Virus record (IMG/VR): IMGVR_UViG_3300049988_000286
Location: 160,001-224,000 of that record
Length of the DNA: 64,000 nt
Source: a virus
Lineage: Duplodnaviria > Caudoviricetes
Direction: 5' to 3' (one strand)
Numbering within the stretch: position 1 is the stretch's first letter; every line of letters begins with the position of its first letter. Both the position numbers and the translations under genes were made by a program. Below are positions 54,495-63,990 of this stretch, in pieces. Below the pieces are notes generated by a model. That model searched no databases. It worked only from the letters and a program-made list of their open reading frames with translations, and was not told the DNA's origin.

Positions 54495-54595
54495 GCTTTT
54501 TCCACAAATTGGAGTCTAAAGGGGGCTTTGTGCCCCCACCGTCTAAATAATCGAAGAACAATTGTTCGAAGATTTTTAACAGATGGGAGACCATA

Positions 54596-55840
54596 ATGCC
54601 CAAAACGATTGAAGAAATCCTGAACGAGACGCTCGCCCCCGAGATGAAAGCGTCTCTGAAGGAAGCTTTCGACGCAAAGGTCGATGCCATGCGTGTAGAG
54701 ATCGAGGAAAGCGTCCGCGCTGACATCTCGAACCGCTACGAGCATGACAAGAGCCAGCTTGTCGAAGCGATGGATAAGATGCTCACGGACGTGATCCGCG
54801 TGCATGAGGAGGCCAAGGCTTCCGAGATCGCGCAGCTTGCCGAAGCCCGCACCAAGTACAAGACCGCCATCACCGAGAGCAAGACCGCCATCAAGGGCCG
54901 GGTTGCTGCGATGTCGTCCGCTGCCATGAAGATGATCAGCGAGTCGGTTGCCGCAGAGGTCAAGTCGCTGCGTGATCAGAAGGTGTCGATTGCTAACGAG
55001 GCCGCTGCTCTCTCCGAGAGCGTTGAGGCGGTAAAGTCGAAGCTGGTCGAGAACCACGAGGCTCACCTCATCAAGATCAACGAATTCGTGACCCGTCAGG
55101 TAGCGAAGGAAGTTGGCGAATTCGCACAGGACAAGCGTGCACTCGTCGAGACCCGCGTCAAGCTGATCTCGGAGAACAAGCAGAAGCTGGCCGAAGCACA
55201 GAAGAAGTTCATCAAGGAAGCGGCTGCCAAGGTCGAAGCTACTGTGACTGACACGCTGTCGCGTGAAATGACGCAGCTTCACGAGGACATCGAGCGTAAC
55301 CGTGACAATCAGTTCGGTCGCGACATCTTCGAAGCCTTCGCTGCTACCTACATGTCATCGCACCTTGCCGAGGGTTCGGAGGTCCGCAAGCTTCAGAAGA
55401 TGCTTGAGAGCCGCGACGCCACGATCGCTGCCAAGGAAGGCGAGTTTGCCACGATGAAGACGAAGCTGGACGAGGCAAAGACTGCCGCCGCCACTGCCGA
55501 GCGTCGCATCGTTGTCGAGGGCGAGCGTGCTGCTCGTTCGAAGATCATCAGTGATCTGGTTGCCAATCTTCGTGGCGACAAGCGCGCTGTGATGGAGAGT
55601 ATGCTTGAGACGACCAAGACGGTCAACCTCAAGAATGCTTTCGATAAGCTTCTCCCGGTCGTTCTCGCAGAGTCGCCCCGGAAGGCTGTTCCCGCAGGTA
55701 AGAAAGTCTTGAGCGAGACCAAGGTTGCTCCCGCTGCTGTCACCACCGGTGACCGTCGCGTTCGCACCGAAGCAATCGTTGAGGATGACAGCGCAGTATC
55801 CGAGATCGCCCGTTTGGCGGGAACTCTCCGGAAACTGTAA
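54596..55840 (+). CDS. prohead scaffold protein (T4 gp22-like)
   Basis: long charged coiled coil between protease and capsid; TAAATA at 54544. Confidence 0.85.
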   Translation: MPKTIEEILNETLAPEMKASLKEAFDAKVDAMRVEIEESVRADISNRYEHDKSQLVEAMDKMLTDVIRVHEEAKASEIAQLAEARTKYKTAITESKTAIKGRVAAMSSAAMKMISESVAAEVKSLRDQKVSIANEAAALSESVEAVKSKLVENHEAHLIKINEFVTRQVAKEVGEFAQDKRALVETRVKLISENKQKLAEAQKKFIKEAAAKVEATVTDTLSREMTQLHEDIERNRDNQFGRDIFEAFAATYMSSHLAEGSEVRKLQKMLESRDATIAAKEGEFATMKTKLDEAKTAAATAERRIVVEGERAARSKIISDLVANLRGDKRAVMESMLETTKTVNLKNAFDKLLPVVLAESPRKAVPAGKKVLSETKVAPAAVTTGDRRVRTEAIVEDDSAVSEIARLAGTLRKL

Positions 55841-55910
55841 AAAACGCCCTTATTGCGTAGTATTTGACTCAACACAATAAATATTTCAGAGACAAAAGGA
55901 GTTATTACCA

Positions 55911-57107
55911 ATGAATCTTTTCGAAAGCAAGTGGGATGGCCTCAAGGAGAAGCTCCTCGAAGGTTCCGACCTCACGCACAACATGGACGGTTCGCTGAAC
56001 AACAACAAGAAGAAGACCATGAATCTTCTCCTTGAGAACACCCGCCGTAGCCTCATGGAGGCTGCTTCTTCGGGTGCCACTTCGGCAGCGCAGATCGCCC
56101 AGCTTAACAAGGTCATTCTGCCGGTCATGCGCCGCGTTATGCCCACCGTCATCGCGAACGAGATCGTCGGTGTTCAGCCGATGGCCGGTCCGATCAGCCA
56201 GATTCACACGATGCGCATCTCCTACGCGGAGTCGGTCACGGGTGGCGTTACGGCTGGTGACGAGATGTTCTCGCCCTACAACATCGCGAAGTATTACTCC
56301 GGTGATACCTCGGCTCCGACCACGCCGCAGGGCGCTCTGACTGGCACGCTGGAGGGAACTCCGGGCCGTGGCGTCAAGATCAGCACGCTGCGTCAGACGG
56401 TTGAGGCTCGCTCGCGCAAGCTGTCGGCTCGCTGGACCTTCGAGTCGGCGCAGGACGCACAGTCGCAGCAGGGCATCGACGTTGAGCAGGAAGTCATGGC
56501 TGCCGTCGCGCAGGAGATCACTGCCGAGATCGATCAGGAAATCCTGTATCACCTCCGTCAGCTTGCTGGCACCTCGCAGACCTTCTCACAGGCTGCTGTC
56601 ACCGGCACCCCGACCTTCATCGGCGATGTGCACGCTGCTCTGGCGATCCAGATCAACCGCGCTGCGAACATCATTGCTACCCGCACCCGTCGTGGCGCTG
56701 GTAACTGGTGCGTCGTTTCGCCGACCGCTCTGACGCTCCTCCAGTCGGCGACGACTTCGGGCTTCGCGCGTTCGACCGATGGTGTCTTCGACGCTCCGAC
56801 CAACACCAAGTTCGTCGGCACGCTGAACAACACCCTCCGCGTTTATGTCGATGGCTACGGTCAGGACGAGACGCCGGTTCTGATCGGCTACAAGGGTAAC
56901 GAGACGGACGCTGCGGCGTTCTACTGCCCCTATGTTCCGCTGACCTCTTCGGGCGTGGTCCTCGACCCGCAGACGATGGAGCCGGTGGTGTCGTTCATGA
57001 CCCGCTACGGTTACACCGAGTTGTCCTCGAACTCGACTTCGCTCGGCAACGCAGCGGACTATGTTTCGAAGATCAACATCGACACGACTTCGCTGACTTG
57101 GATGTAA
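55911..57107 (+). CDS. major capsid protein (T4 gp23-like)
   Basis: VMRRVMPTVIANEIVGVQPM, RKLSARWT, EITAEIDQEI, AFYCPYVPL, FMTRYG; TAAATA at 55878. Confidence 0.97.
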   Translation: MNLFESKWDGLKEKLLEGSDLTHNMDGSLNNNKKKTMNLLLENTRRSLMEAASSGATSAAQIAQLNKVILPVMRRVMPTVIANEIVGVQPMAGPISQIHTMRISYAESVTGGVTAGDEMFSPYNIAKYYSGDTSAPTTPQGALTGTLEGTPGRGVKISTLRQTVEARSRKLSARWTFESAQDAQSQQGIDVEQEVMAAVAQEITAEIDQEILYHLRQLAGTSQTFSQAAVTGTPTFIGDVHAALAIQINRAANIIATRTRRGAGNWCVVSPTALTLLQSATTSGFARSTDGVFDAPTNTKFVGTLNNTLRVYVDGYGQDETPVLIGYKGNETDAAAFYCPYVPLTSSGVVLDPQTMEPVVSFMTRYGYTELSSNSTSLGNAADYVSKINIDTTSLTWM

Positions 57108-57133
57108 TCTTCGGATTACCCCGAATCAAAGAG

Positions 57134-57162
57134 AGGGTGGCAGGAAACTGCCACCCTTTTTT
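57134..57162 (+). terminator. intrinsic terminator after the capsid gene
   Basis: AGGGTGGCAG-GAAA-CTGCCACCCT then TTTTT. Confidence 0.9.
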
Positions 57163-57197
57163 GTTGCCTTGCTTCCACGGAAGGGCTACATAACACT

Positions 57198-58697
57198 ATG
57201 ACCCTCCGTGAACACCTCGATCTCATCATCGCTGAACACGGACTGAAACAATGGTCGAGGGTCGCACAGAAGGATGAAGCCTTCATGGCGCTTATCCCCG
57301 TCGTAGAAGGATTGTCCTTCCCCGAACGTGTCTTGGTTGCGTTGGGCGAACCCGCTTGGTGCGAGAGGGGCCAGAGGCGCAAATTCGGTTCGATCGTCAC
57401 GGGTTGGCGGTTCTGCGGCAAAACCGGCGTGTGCCCCTGCGCGGCCGAGACGGTCTCCCGGAAGTGCAAAACCAATATCGACCACGAGGCTCGATTAGCC
57501 AAAACGTCGGCGACGCTCAAGGCGCGCTACGGCTCCACCAATCCCGGCCAAGCCCCCGCTGCCAAGGCGGCGCACCGTGCCCTCTACGAAGATGAAGAGC
57601 GGGTAGCGGCAGCGGTTGCCAAAGGAAGGGCAACGATGCTTGAACGGCACGGCGTTGACAATGCGTTCAAACTCCCGATCGATCGGAAGGCTATTGCGCG
57701 CCGCGAATGGTCGATTGAGACGGGTGCCCTCCTCGATGATCCCGCTCTATTCGCCGACTATATGGCGAGCCGTTCTTCCATGGGCGCGGCCGATGACCTC
57801 GGGATCAATCCCACGACGATCAACAACTATGTTCGTCGCCATGGCCTCGATCTTCGAGGATCATCTTATGAACGCGAAATCGCGTCGTTTCTCGCCGATA
57901 ACGGATTGAATTTCAAGCCGCGTGATCGAACTGTGATCAGACCGCTGGAACTTGACTTCTTGTTAACCCAGCACGATCTGGCGATTGAGTTTAATGGCCT
58001 TTACTACCATTCTGAACTCGTTCTCGACAATGATGCTCATCAGCGCAAGTGGCAGATGTGTCACGATGCTGGTATTCGCCTGTTGATGATCAACGAGGAC
58101 GAATGGAACGAGCGCAAGGAAGTGCTCAAGAGGAAAATCCTGATTCTGTGTGGCCTTGGTGAGCGCGGCGTAGGTGGCCGTCAGCTATCTGTTCGAGATA
58201 TCGGGGCTCCTGTCGCAAGAGCATTCTGTGAGCAGCACCATATCCAAGGTGCGCCCGGTCCAGTCACGCTCGCATTGGGCGCTTTTGAAGGCGATGATCT
58301 TCGAGGTGTCGTCACGATGGGTAGCCAACGCGGCACGGGCGCAACAGAACTCACTCGTTTCTGCACTGACGGAAGGTTGTACGCGGGCATGTTTGGCAAG
58401 CTTCTGAAAGCCGCACAACATCGCTTTGACGAAATCGTGACTTTCGCCGATCTCCGCTACAGCGACGGCGGTGTTTACGACAAGACCGGATTCATCAACT
58501 GTGGCACAATTCGGCCCGACTATCGCTATGTGATACGCAACAAGAGCTTCCATAAGAGTCTCTTCACCAAAAAGCGGATTGCCGAGCGCTTCAACATTGA
58601 CATGACCGGACTTACCGAGCGTGATGCTATGCGCAGTCTCGGGATACCCCGCATCTACGATTGCGGAAAAATCAAGTATCGCTGGCTCAAAGATTGA
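57198..58697 (+). CDS. putative homing endonuclease (PD-(D/E)xK, Hef/Vsr-like)
   Basis: ELDFLL..LAIEFNGLYYHS..HQRK; Cys motif and RYG repeats; C-terminal FADLRYS..YDCG. Confidence 0.75.
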   Translation: MTLREHLDLIIAEHGLKQWSRVAQKDEAFMALIPVVEGLSFPERVLVALGEPAWCERGQRRKFGSIVTGWRFCGKTGVCPCAAETVSRKCKTNIDHEARLAKTSATLKARYGSTNPGQAPAAKAAHRALYEDEERVAAAVAKGRATMLERHGVDNAFKLPIDRKAIARREWSIETGALLDDPALFADYMASRSSMGAADDLGINPTTINNYVRRHGLDLRGSSYEREIASFLADNGLNFKPRDRTVIRPLELDFLLTQHDLAIEFNGLYYHSELVLDNDAHQRKWQMCHDAGIRLLMINEDEWNERKEVLKRKILILCGLGERGVGGRQLSVRDIGAPVARAFCEQHHIQGAPGPVTLALGAFEGDDLRGVVTMGSQRGTGATELTRFCTDGRLYAGMFGKLLKAAQHRFDEIVTFADLRYSDGGVYDKTGFINCGTIRPDYRYVIRNKSFHKSLFTKKRIAERFNIDMTGLTERDAMRSLGIPRIYDCGKIKYRWLKD

Positions 58698-58760
58698 TAT
58701 TGCCATCCTCGACTGCGGTCTGTAGAACGACGGAAACAAATCGTATAAGTGAGAAAGCGT

Positions 58761-59045
58761 ATGTCGAAGTCAGCCAACGAAATCGTTCAGGAAGCCCTTT
58801 TCTCGTCGCTGATCGAGGCAGTCACTGCGCTCAAGGCCGGTGGTACACCGAACACGATCCTGCGAGACCTGTCGGCCATTCACGCCAACACTTCGATGGA
58901 CTCGCTGCCCGATGGTGTGCAGAAGGCTCTTCAGGCGGGTGTCCGCGACACGATGGCGCGTCTTCAGAAGGAAGGTTACGTCATCGCTCCGAAAGTGCTA
59001 CCCGCGAAGCGCGAAACCTTCGCGCCGCGACATCCACGACGCTGA
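58761..59045 (+). CDS. hypothetical helical protein, 94 aa, possibly host-derived
   Basis: ORF followed by a terminator. Confidence 0.7.
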   Translation: MSKSANEIVQEALFSSLIEAVTALKAGGTPNTILRDLSAIHANTSMDSLPDGVQKALQAGVRDTMARLQKEGYVIAPKVLPAKRETFAPRHPRR

Positions 59046-59048
59046 ATT

Positions 59049-59081
59049 AAAAAAGGGGAGGTCTTGCGACCTCCCCTTCTT
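59049..59081. terminator. bidirectional intrinsic terminator
   Basis: AAGGGGAGGTC-TTGC-GACCTCCCCTT with an A-tract on the left, between convergent genes. Confidence 0.85.
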
Positions 59082-59105
59082 CGTTAAAGGGATGAGCAGT
59101 CCCCT

Positions 59106-59888
59106 TTATTCTTCACCATAGAGAGTTAGAATTTCTTCGATAACGGGATGGCGCTCTACGTCTTCGCGATCGAAGCGGACCAGCTTGATGCGATTAGAGC
59201 GGTGGAGTGCCAGACGGTTCATGAAGTCCTTGAGCCCGTTGTCGCTGAAACCGCGATCGTGCTGCTGGATATCACCAGTGACGAACATGCGGCTTTCATC
59301 ACCGAGGCGGGTCAGGACCATCTTCATCTGATTGGGCGTGGCGTTCTGCGACTCGTCGAACAGGATGATCGAGCGCTTGAGCGTGCGACCGCGCATATAG
59401 GCGAGCGGAGCGATCTCAACGACTTCATCCATGAGCATCTTCTCCAACGCCTGAACGGAATAGAATTCCTTGAACACGTCGGTGATGGGGATGACCCACG
59501 GAGCCATCTTGTCGAGGAGCGTGCCGGGCAGGAAGCCGTGCTGCTCGTCCACTGATACGGCGGGGCGGGTGATGATGATCTTGTCGATGTTGCCTTCCTG
59601 TAGCTGCTTGATCGCATACAGGGTGCAGAGCAGCGTCTTACCAGTTCCGGCAGGGCCAGTGGCGAACACTACAGAGTTGTGCTGGTCTTCCAGCAACTCG
59701 ATGTACTCTTCCTGACGCAGATTGCGCGGAAGCAATTCGACTTTCTTTTTTACGCGGGGTTCGGGATTAGCGTTGAAGGGAACAACATTATCACGGTATG
59801 AGCGCGAACTCGATTTCGGATTACGATCTTCGCGGGGGTTCGGACGACTGGCACGCTTCGCATTGCTGCGAGAATTTTGTTTAGCCAC
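59106..59888 (-). CDS. phoH: PhoH-family ATPase
   Basis: GPAGTGKT, GFLPG, PLAYMRGRT, DESQN, MVLTRLG, GDIQQHD; TAAATA at 59933. Confidence 0.95.
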   Translation of the reverse strand: MAKQNSRSNAKRASRPNPREDRNPKSSSRSYRDNVVPFNANPEPRVKKKVELLPRNLRQEEYIELLEDQHNSVVFATGPAGTGKTLLCTLYAIKQLQEGNIDKIIITRPAVSVDEQHGFLPGTLLDKMAPWVIPITDVFKEFYSVQALEKMLMDEVVEIAPLAYMRGRTLKRSIILFDESQNATPNQMKMVLTRLGDESRMFVTGDIQQHDRGFSDNGLKDFMNRLALHRSNRIKLVRFDREDVERHPVIEEILTLYGEE

Positions 59889-60020
59889 TGCATACTCCGT
59901 ATTTGGTTAGAGGTTTGGTGAGCGCTCACCTCTATTTACTTCCAAATTCCGGATCATGCCGAATAGCAGCCAGTCGTCCCTTCGATCTAAATAACGCCCG
60001 ATGACGGTTTTTAGCCGTTT

Positions 60021-60560
60021 TTACCTTGGCGCAGTCCAGTGATGATTGCATCGAGGCTCGTAAGTGTCGCTACCCCCGAGTTCAACCACTTCACCGCTAC
60101 GCGATTTCTTGTAGGTCTTGCTCGCCGGGGCGGCACAAACGCTGCACGTTGCTTTCAACTTGATGACTTCATCGGCCATCCCCGTGAGCGCCGCAGAGAT
60201 CGGGAAGGGATCACCATGCCAATCGGTGTCGAGGCCGCAGACAAGCACTTCCTTCCCGGCCTTGAGGAACACCTTGATGGCGCGCACGATGTCGCCGCCG
60301 TAATGGGGCTGGGCGAAGAACTGAACTTCATCGATGCAGATGAGACCAGCCGCATCGGCGGAGAGCATATCGTCGGGGAGCGCCACGGGAGAGGCATTGA
60401 CGCGATCCCCAGTATGGGTGACGCATTCCTCCTCTGCGTAACGGATGTCCATGGCGGGCTTGAACACGATCGAGTCATCTCGCGCCCGCACTGTCTTGAC
60501 AAGGTGACTGGTCTTCCCGCTGTACATGGGACCGGTGACCATGGTTAGGCGTCCGTACAT
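60021..60560 (-). CDS. tdk: thymidine kinase
   Basis: GPMYSGKT, IDEVQFF, GLDTD, CSVC, YEPRC. Confidence 0.95.
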   Translation of the reverse strand: MYGRLTMVTGPMYSGKTSHLVKTVRARDDSIVFKPAMDIRYAEEECVTHTGDRVNASPVALPDDMLSADAAGLICIDEVQFFAQPHYGGDIVRAIKVFLKAGKEVLVCGLDTDWHGDPFPISAALTGMADEVIKLKATCSVCAAPASKTYKKSRSGEVVELGGSDTYEPRCNHHWTAPR

Positions 60561-61120
60561 AGACGCTCCACGATCTCCGACCAGTCATTCACCCGCGTCA
60601 TCCCTGCATCGGGGAGGTCAGCGTTGTAGGCATGATTGATCAGGTAGGTGTCAAAGCCGAGTTCATGACCCGCTAATGCGTTGTCGTAGTTGTCCTCGAT
60701 CCATACGGATGGTTCAAGGCTGGATAGCACCGCACGCTTCGAAACAAATCCAGTAGCGATGACTTCCTCAAAGGGAACGCCCAGCACGGCTTCGAGATTA
60801 TTTCGACGCCTCTGCGCGATACCAGCGGTGTTGGGACATGCCGTGATCGCAACAAAGCGCCAACCACAAACATGGAGGCTACGCATTGCCTCTGCTGCTC
60901 CCTTCATGGCAGGGACGCTATAGGCGTGCTCACACGCGAAATAGCGGTGCACCACATCGCTCTCTTCTTCGTCGCTGATTCCGAAAGCGAGCGTGAGACG
61001 GTTGAACCGGTGAAGGTGATCATCGGGAAAGTCGTAGCCTTGTTCCCGCAGCCACGGCTCCCAATGCAGATTGAAGTCGAGAACGGTAGCATCGACATCG
61101 GTATAGATGATCTTACTCAC
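60545..61120 (-). CDS. HAD-family 5'(3')-deoxyribonucleotidase-like protein
   Basis: IYTDVDATV, ITA, SK, WIEDN; GTG start at 61120. Confidence 0.8.
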   Translation of the reverse strand: MSKIIYTDVDATVLDFNLHWEPWLREQGYDFPDDHLHRFNRLTLAFGISDEEESDVVHRYFACEHAYSVPAMKGAAEAMRSLHVCGWRFVAITACPNTAGIAQRRRNNLEAVLGVPFEEVIATGFVSKRAVLSSLEPSVWIEDNYDNALAGHELGFDTYLINHAYNADLPDAGMTRVNDWSEIVERLCTDA

Positions 61121-61451
61121 TGGTGGTATTCGCAAGCTGCTTGGCTGCCCAGTTGCGCAGACCATCCTTGATCATGTCATCGTACTTCTTCACGTAGTGA
61201 GCGATCACCATCTCGTCATCTGCCTCGCCCGCCCGAGCGTTCTTGAGCAGCTTGCCATCGAGGAGGTCGATGATCAGGCTCGCCGTCATCTGCTTTGCGT
61301 TGAGGCGATCGACGACACTCACGTGCTCGGTCATGACAAGGTTGTCGGGGTCGTTCATCCAACCCTTGACCCGTGTGTTGGCAGTAGGCTTTGGGATATG
61401 GCGTAGCTCGATCACGAGAAAGGGTCGGTTGCGATTGTAGTGATGGGACAT
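61113..61451 (-). CDS. hypothetical protein, 112 aa
   Basis: coupled within the replication operon. Confidence 0.7.
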   Translation of the reverse strand: MSHHYNRNRPFLVIELRHIPKPTANTRVKGWMNDPDNLVMTEHVSVVDRLNAKQMTASLIIDLLDGKLLKNARAGEADDEMVIAHYVKKYDDMIKDGLRNWAAKQLANTTSE

Positions 61452-61453
61452 AT

Positions 61454-62395
61454 TTACTTCCTTGTAAGCCGGACCATTTCGCAAATGGTGGCTGATAGAT
61501 TGATCTCTTCGTCCGCAACGAATTTGCTCTTATAGAGACCATCACGGACGATAATCAGCGCATCATCGTGCTGATCCGGTGTATCACCGAACAACTCCAC
61601 GTTGCGGTAGAGCCAGCGATAGATATCATCGTACTCCTCCGGGCTAGCCTGTGAGATGATAAGCTTCCGGGCAGCAGTGTGCTGTCGCTTGCGGAACATC
61701 TCCACCACCTCGAACATGAAGTCGTGAGCAGCGTGGTCGGACTTTGGTTTGGCACAGAGCCGCCCCTCGACTGTATTCTGCTCAACGAGGCCGATGCACT
61801 TACGAAGATCAGGGTAGGCGGCTTCGATATACTCACACAGGATATCGGTGTCGGCGGCAACCCCCTCACGGTCGAGGATTTCAGCGACGCGCATCACGAA
61901 CTCGGACTGGTCAAGTGCTTCGAAGTTAAACTCCTGACACCGGCTTCGGATCGCGCTTTCAATCTTCTCCACATAGTTGCATGTGAAGATGAAGCGGACT
62001 GTGGCAGAATATTGCTCGATCTCCGAGCGGAGAAACTTCTGCGACAGGAGGGAAAGCGCGTCGGCTTCGTCGAGGATGACATACTTGATGCCATGCTCGT
62101 TCTCAATCATGGGGTAGGTCTGCACGAACCCGGTGATCTGCGCCTCCAAGAGTTCTACCTTGCGGACGCGGCTCGCCTTGATGAACAGAATATCGCCCGA
62201 TGGCACATTGAGCAGCTTTAGGAGCAGTTTGGCGAGGCTGGTCTTACCCAGCCCCGATTTGCCCGCAAAGCACAGGTGCGGGAGCGCACCCGCTGCGATC
62301 CACTCGCCCGCCTTTGCGCGCAAGTTACCGTCGCGCCAGACATACTCATCGAGCGTCTGCGGAATATATCGATCGACCCAGAGTGTGGTATCCAA
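61454..62395 (-). CDS. sliding clamp loader AAA+ subunit (gp44/RFC-like)
   Basis: WVDRYIP, GKSGLGKT, ILDEAD, FTCNY, IRSRC, YPDLR. Confidence 0.95.
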   Translation of the reverse strand: MDTTLWVDRYIPQTLDEYVWRDGNLRAKAGEWIAAGALPHLCFAGKSGLGKTSLAKLLLKLLNVPSGDILFIKASRVRKVELLEAQITGFVQTYPMIENEHGIKYVILDEADALSLLSQKFLRSEIEQYSATVRFIFTCNYVEKIESAIRSRCQEFNFEALDQSEFVMRVAEILDREGVAADTDILCEYIEAAYPDLRKCIGLVEQNTVEGRLCAKPKSDHAAHDFMFEVVEMFRKRQHTAARKLIISQASPEEYDDIYRWLYRNVELFGDTPDQHDDALIIVRDGLYKSKFVADEEINLSATICEMVRLTRK

Positions 62396-62406
62396 CGCGG
62401 CGGTCC

Positions 62407-62757
62407 TTATAGAGCGTGAGTATCGTAGTCGGTAGGTCGGTCAGGCTGATCGCTGACCAGAAGGATTGCGGCGGGATCGATCTTCCAAACATCAATCTTG
62501 CCTTCGGGCAGATCGAGCGGTAGGCGAAGAGTCCAGCGACCGTGCTCGACGTAGAGCCACTCACCGGGTTCAAGGTAATCGATGTCCGGGCCGGTGCGCC
62601 AAACTCGGCACCAACGCGGCTTGATACCGTGGTCCTTCATGTTGTCGTCACGAAGAATGATACCACCCTTCGTCTTCTGCATCCCGGCCTCCAAATCAGT
62701 AACGAAGATGTTACCTTTGAGAGGCGTGAATGAATTTCCAGAGGTAGTCTGTGCCAT
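62407..62757 (-). CDS. co-chaperonin GroES/gp31-like, 116 aa
   Basis: PLKGNIFV, KTKGGIIL, VWRTGP; the track ORF is over-extended. Confidence 0.8.
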   Translation of the reverse strand: MAQTTSGNSFTPLKGNIFVTDLEAGMQKTKGGIILRDDNMKDHGIKPRWCRVWRTGPDIDYLEPGEWLYVEHGRWTLRLPLDLPEGKIDVWKIDPAAILLVSDQPDRPTDYDTHAL

Positions 62758-62851
62758 TACGGTCCTCGATTGTTTAGGTGACCATTTAGACAGCCATCTC
62801 CGGTTCTCGCAATATTCGAAGATAAATACGCAGTTATAAGGAGAAGCACTC

Positions 62852-63181
62852 ATGAAGATTACAAGCCTCAAGGGCCGCGAGGTTGATTTCAACGCTCTGC
62901 GCGCCAAGCACGCATCAACGATCGCTATCAACGGTGGATCGGGACCGCTCACCAACGCGCGAGGCGATGTCCTTGGTCGGGGCGGCGAGGTGATCAAGAC
63001 ACAGGCGGAGGTCATCAAGGATTATTATGAGAACAACCCCAAGGCCGTGACTGTCTCCACAGTCTCGCTCAAGGATGCCGATGAGGACATGATGACGCCC
63101 GCACAGGCGATTGCCGCTCTAGAGGGAGGCGAAGTGGCGAAAACCGTGCAGAAGCGTCGTTCGCGCGACTCCGAGGATTAA
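62852..63181 (+). CDS. late hypothetical protein, 109 aa
   Basis: TAAATA at 62823, AAGGAG SD; TNARGDVLGRGG. Confidence 0.7.
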   Translation: MKITSLKGREVDFNALRAKHASTIAINGGSGPLTNARGDVLGRGGEVIKTQAEVIKDYYENNPKAVTVSTVSLKDADEDMMTPAQAIAALEGGEVAKTVQKRRSRDSED

Positions 63182-63696
63182 TCCTTCAAGAACTCACCAA
63201 TTTCCAGTCCATACAGGATGGGATTGATCTTGGTGATACCGATCAGGAAGAGGGCAAAGCTGGCAACGCTAGACCCTCTTCCTACCCCCCATACGATCTT
63301 CCGGGCGCGAAAACTATCGACGAGGTAGATCATGAGGCGCAGTAGCGGCGTGAGTCCGCGCGTTTCGTATTCCTGCTGCTCGACCAAGAGACGAGCCAAC
63401 TCCTCATCACTCTGGCATCGGTCGCGCAACACGGCCCAAACATCGAGATCGTTGTATGCGGCCGGGAAGAGCCAACGCGATTGACGCTCCATATGGTATG
63501 CTTGGGGCGAACCCTGTAACACACTGGACGCGAAAACGGCGGTGGGCTTGTCGTTGGTGAGGCAGAGTTCGTTATAGCGTTCGATAAGGGGGTCTATCTC
63601 GACCACGGTGGCCGCGAGGTCTCGCCCCTCATACAGCATCTGAAAAAGATCGGGTTCAGTGAGGACTACCTCACCGTAATCGTTTACGTGCATCAA
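63178..63696 (-). CDS. stand-alone DNA polymerase III alpha (DnaE) N-terminal palm fragment
   Basis: WGVGRGSSVASFALFLIGITKINPILYGL matches the DnaE GxGRGSxxGSxxxxxLGITxxDP motif. Confidence 0.8.
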   Translation of the reverse strand: MMHVNDYGEVVLTEPDLFQMLYEGRDLAATVVEIDPLIERYNELCLTNDKPTAVFASSVLQGSPQAYHMERQSRWLFPAAYNDLDVWAVLRDRCQSDEELARLLVEQQEYETRGLTPLLRLMIYLVDSFRARKIVWGVGRGSSVASFALFLIGITKINPILYGLEIGEFLKD

Positions 63697-63990
63697 TCAG
63701 TCTTTGATGATCTGCGGGCGGAAATTGCCCTTGATGATTACCGCTTCGCGCGGAGCGTCATTAGCGAGGAACCCGAGATCGATTGCCCAATTCGGCTTCT
63801 CCGACAGATCGGCATCCTCCGGGGCGAGCGTGTCGAATACGGTGCCGTCGTCACGCATCCACCATGGTCGATCAAACCACGTCGGACCATCAATCCATCC
63901 TTCCATATCGGGAAGGTCTTCTTCGCAATCGCCGACATAAGTGAATACCAGCCCCTCCGCCGTGTCCGAGGATAGTTCAATAGTCCCCAC
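63697..63990 (-). CDS. acidic hypothetical protein, possibly 5'-truncated by the window edge
   Basis: frame is open to the end of the window. Confidence 0.6.
   Translation of the reverse strand: MGTIELSSDTAEGLVFTYVGDCEEDLPDMEGWIDGPTWFDRPWWMRDDGTVFDTLAPEDADLSEKPNWAIDLGFLANDAPREAVIIKGNFRPQIIKD

Noticed and set aside
52134-55282. Long minus-strand ORFs 52134-53558 and 54398-55282
   Set aside because: Shadows of the portal, core, protease and scaffold genes; no motifs or starts
59106-61120. phoH, tdk and HAD as novel auxiliary genes
   Set aside because: Common in T4-like and jumbo phages
61451-61456. TAAATA at the clamp-loader stop
   Set aside because: Formed by the TAA stop plus the next ATG; probably coincidental
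19887-62395. Inteins or group I introns in gp46, portal, capsid or clamp loader
   Set aside because: Sizes are normal and motifs contiguous; no C...HN boundaries
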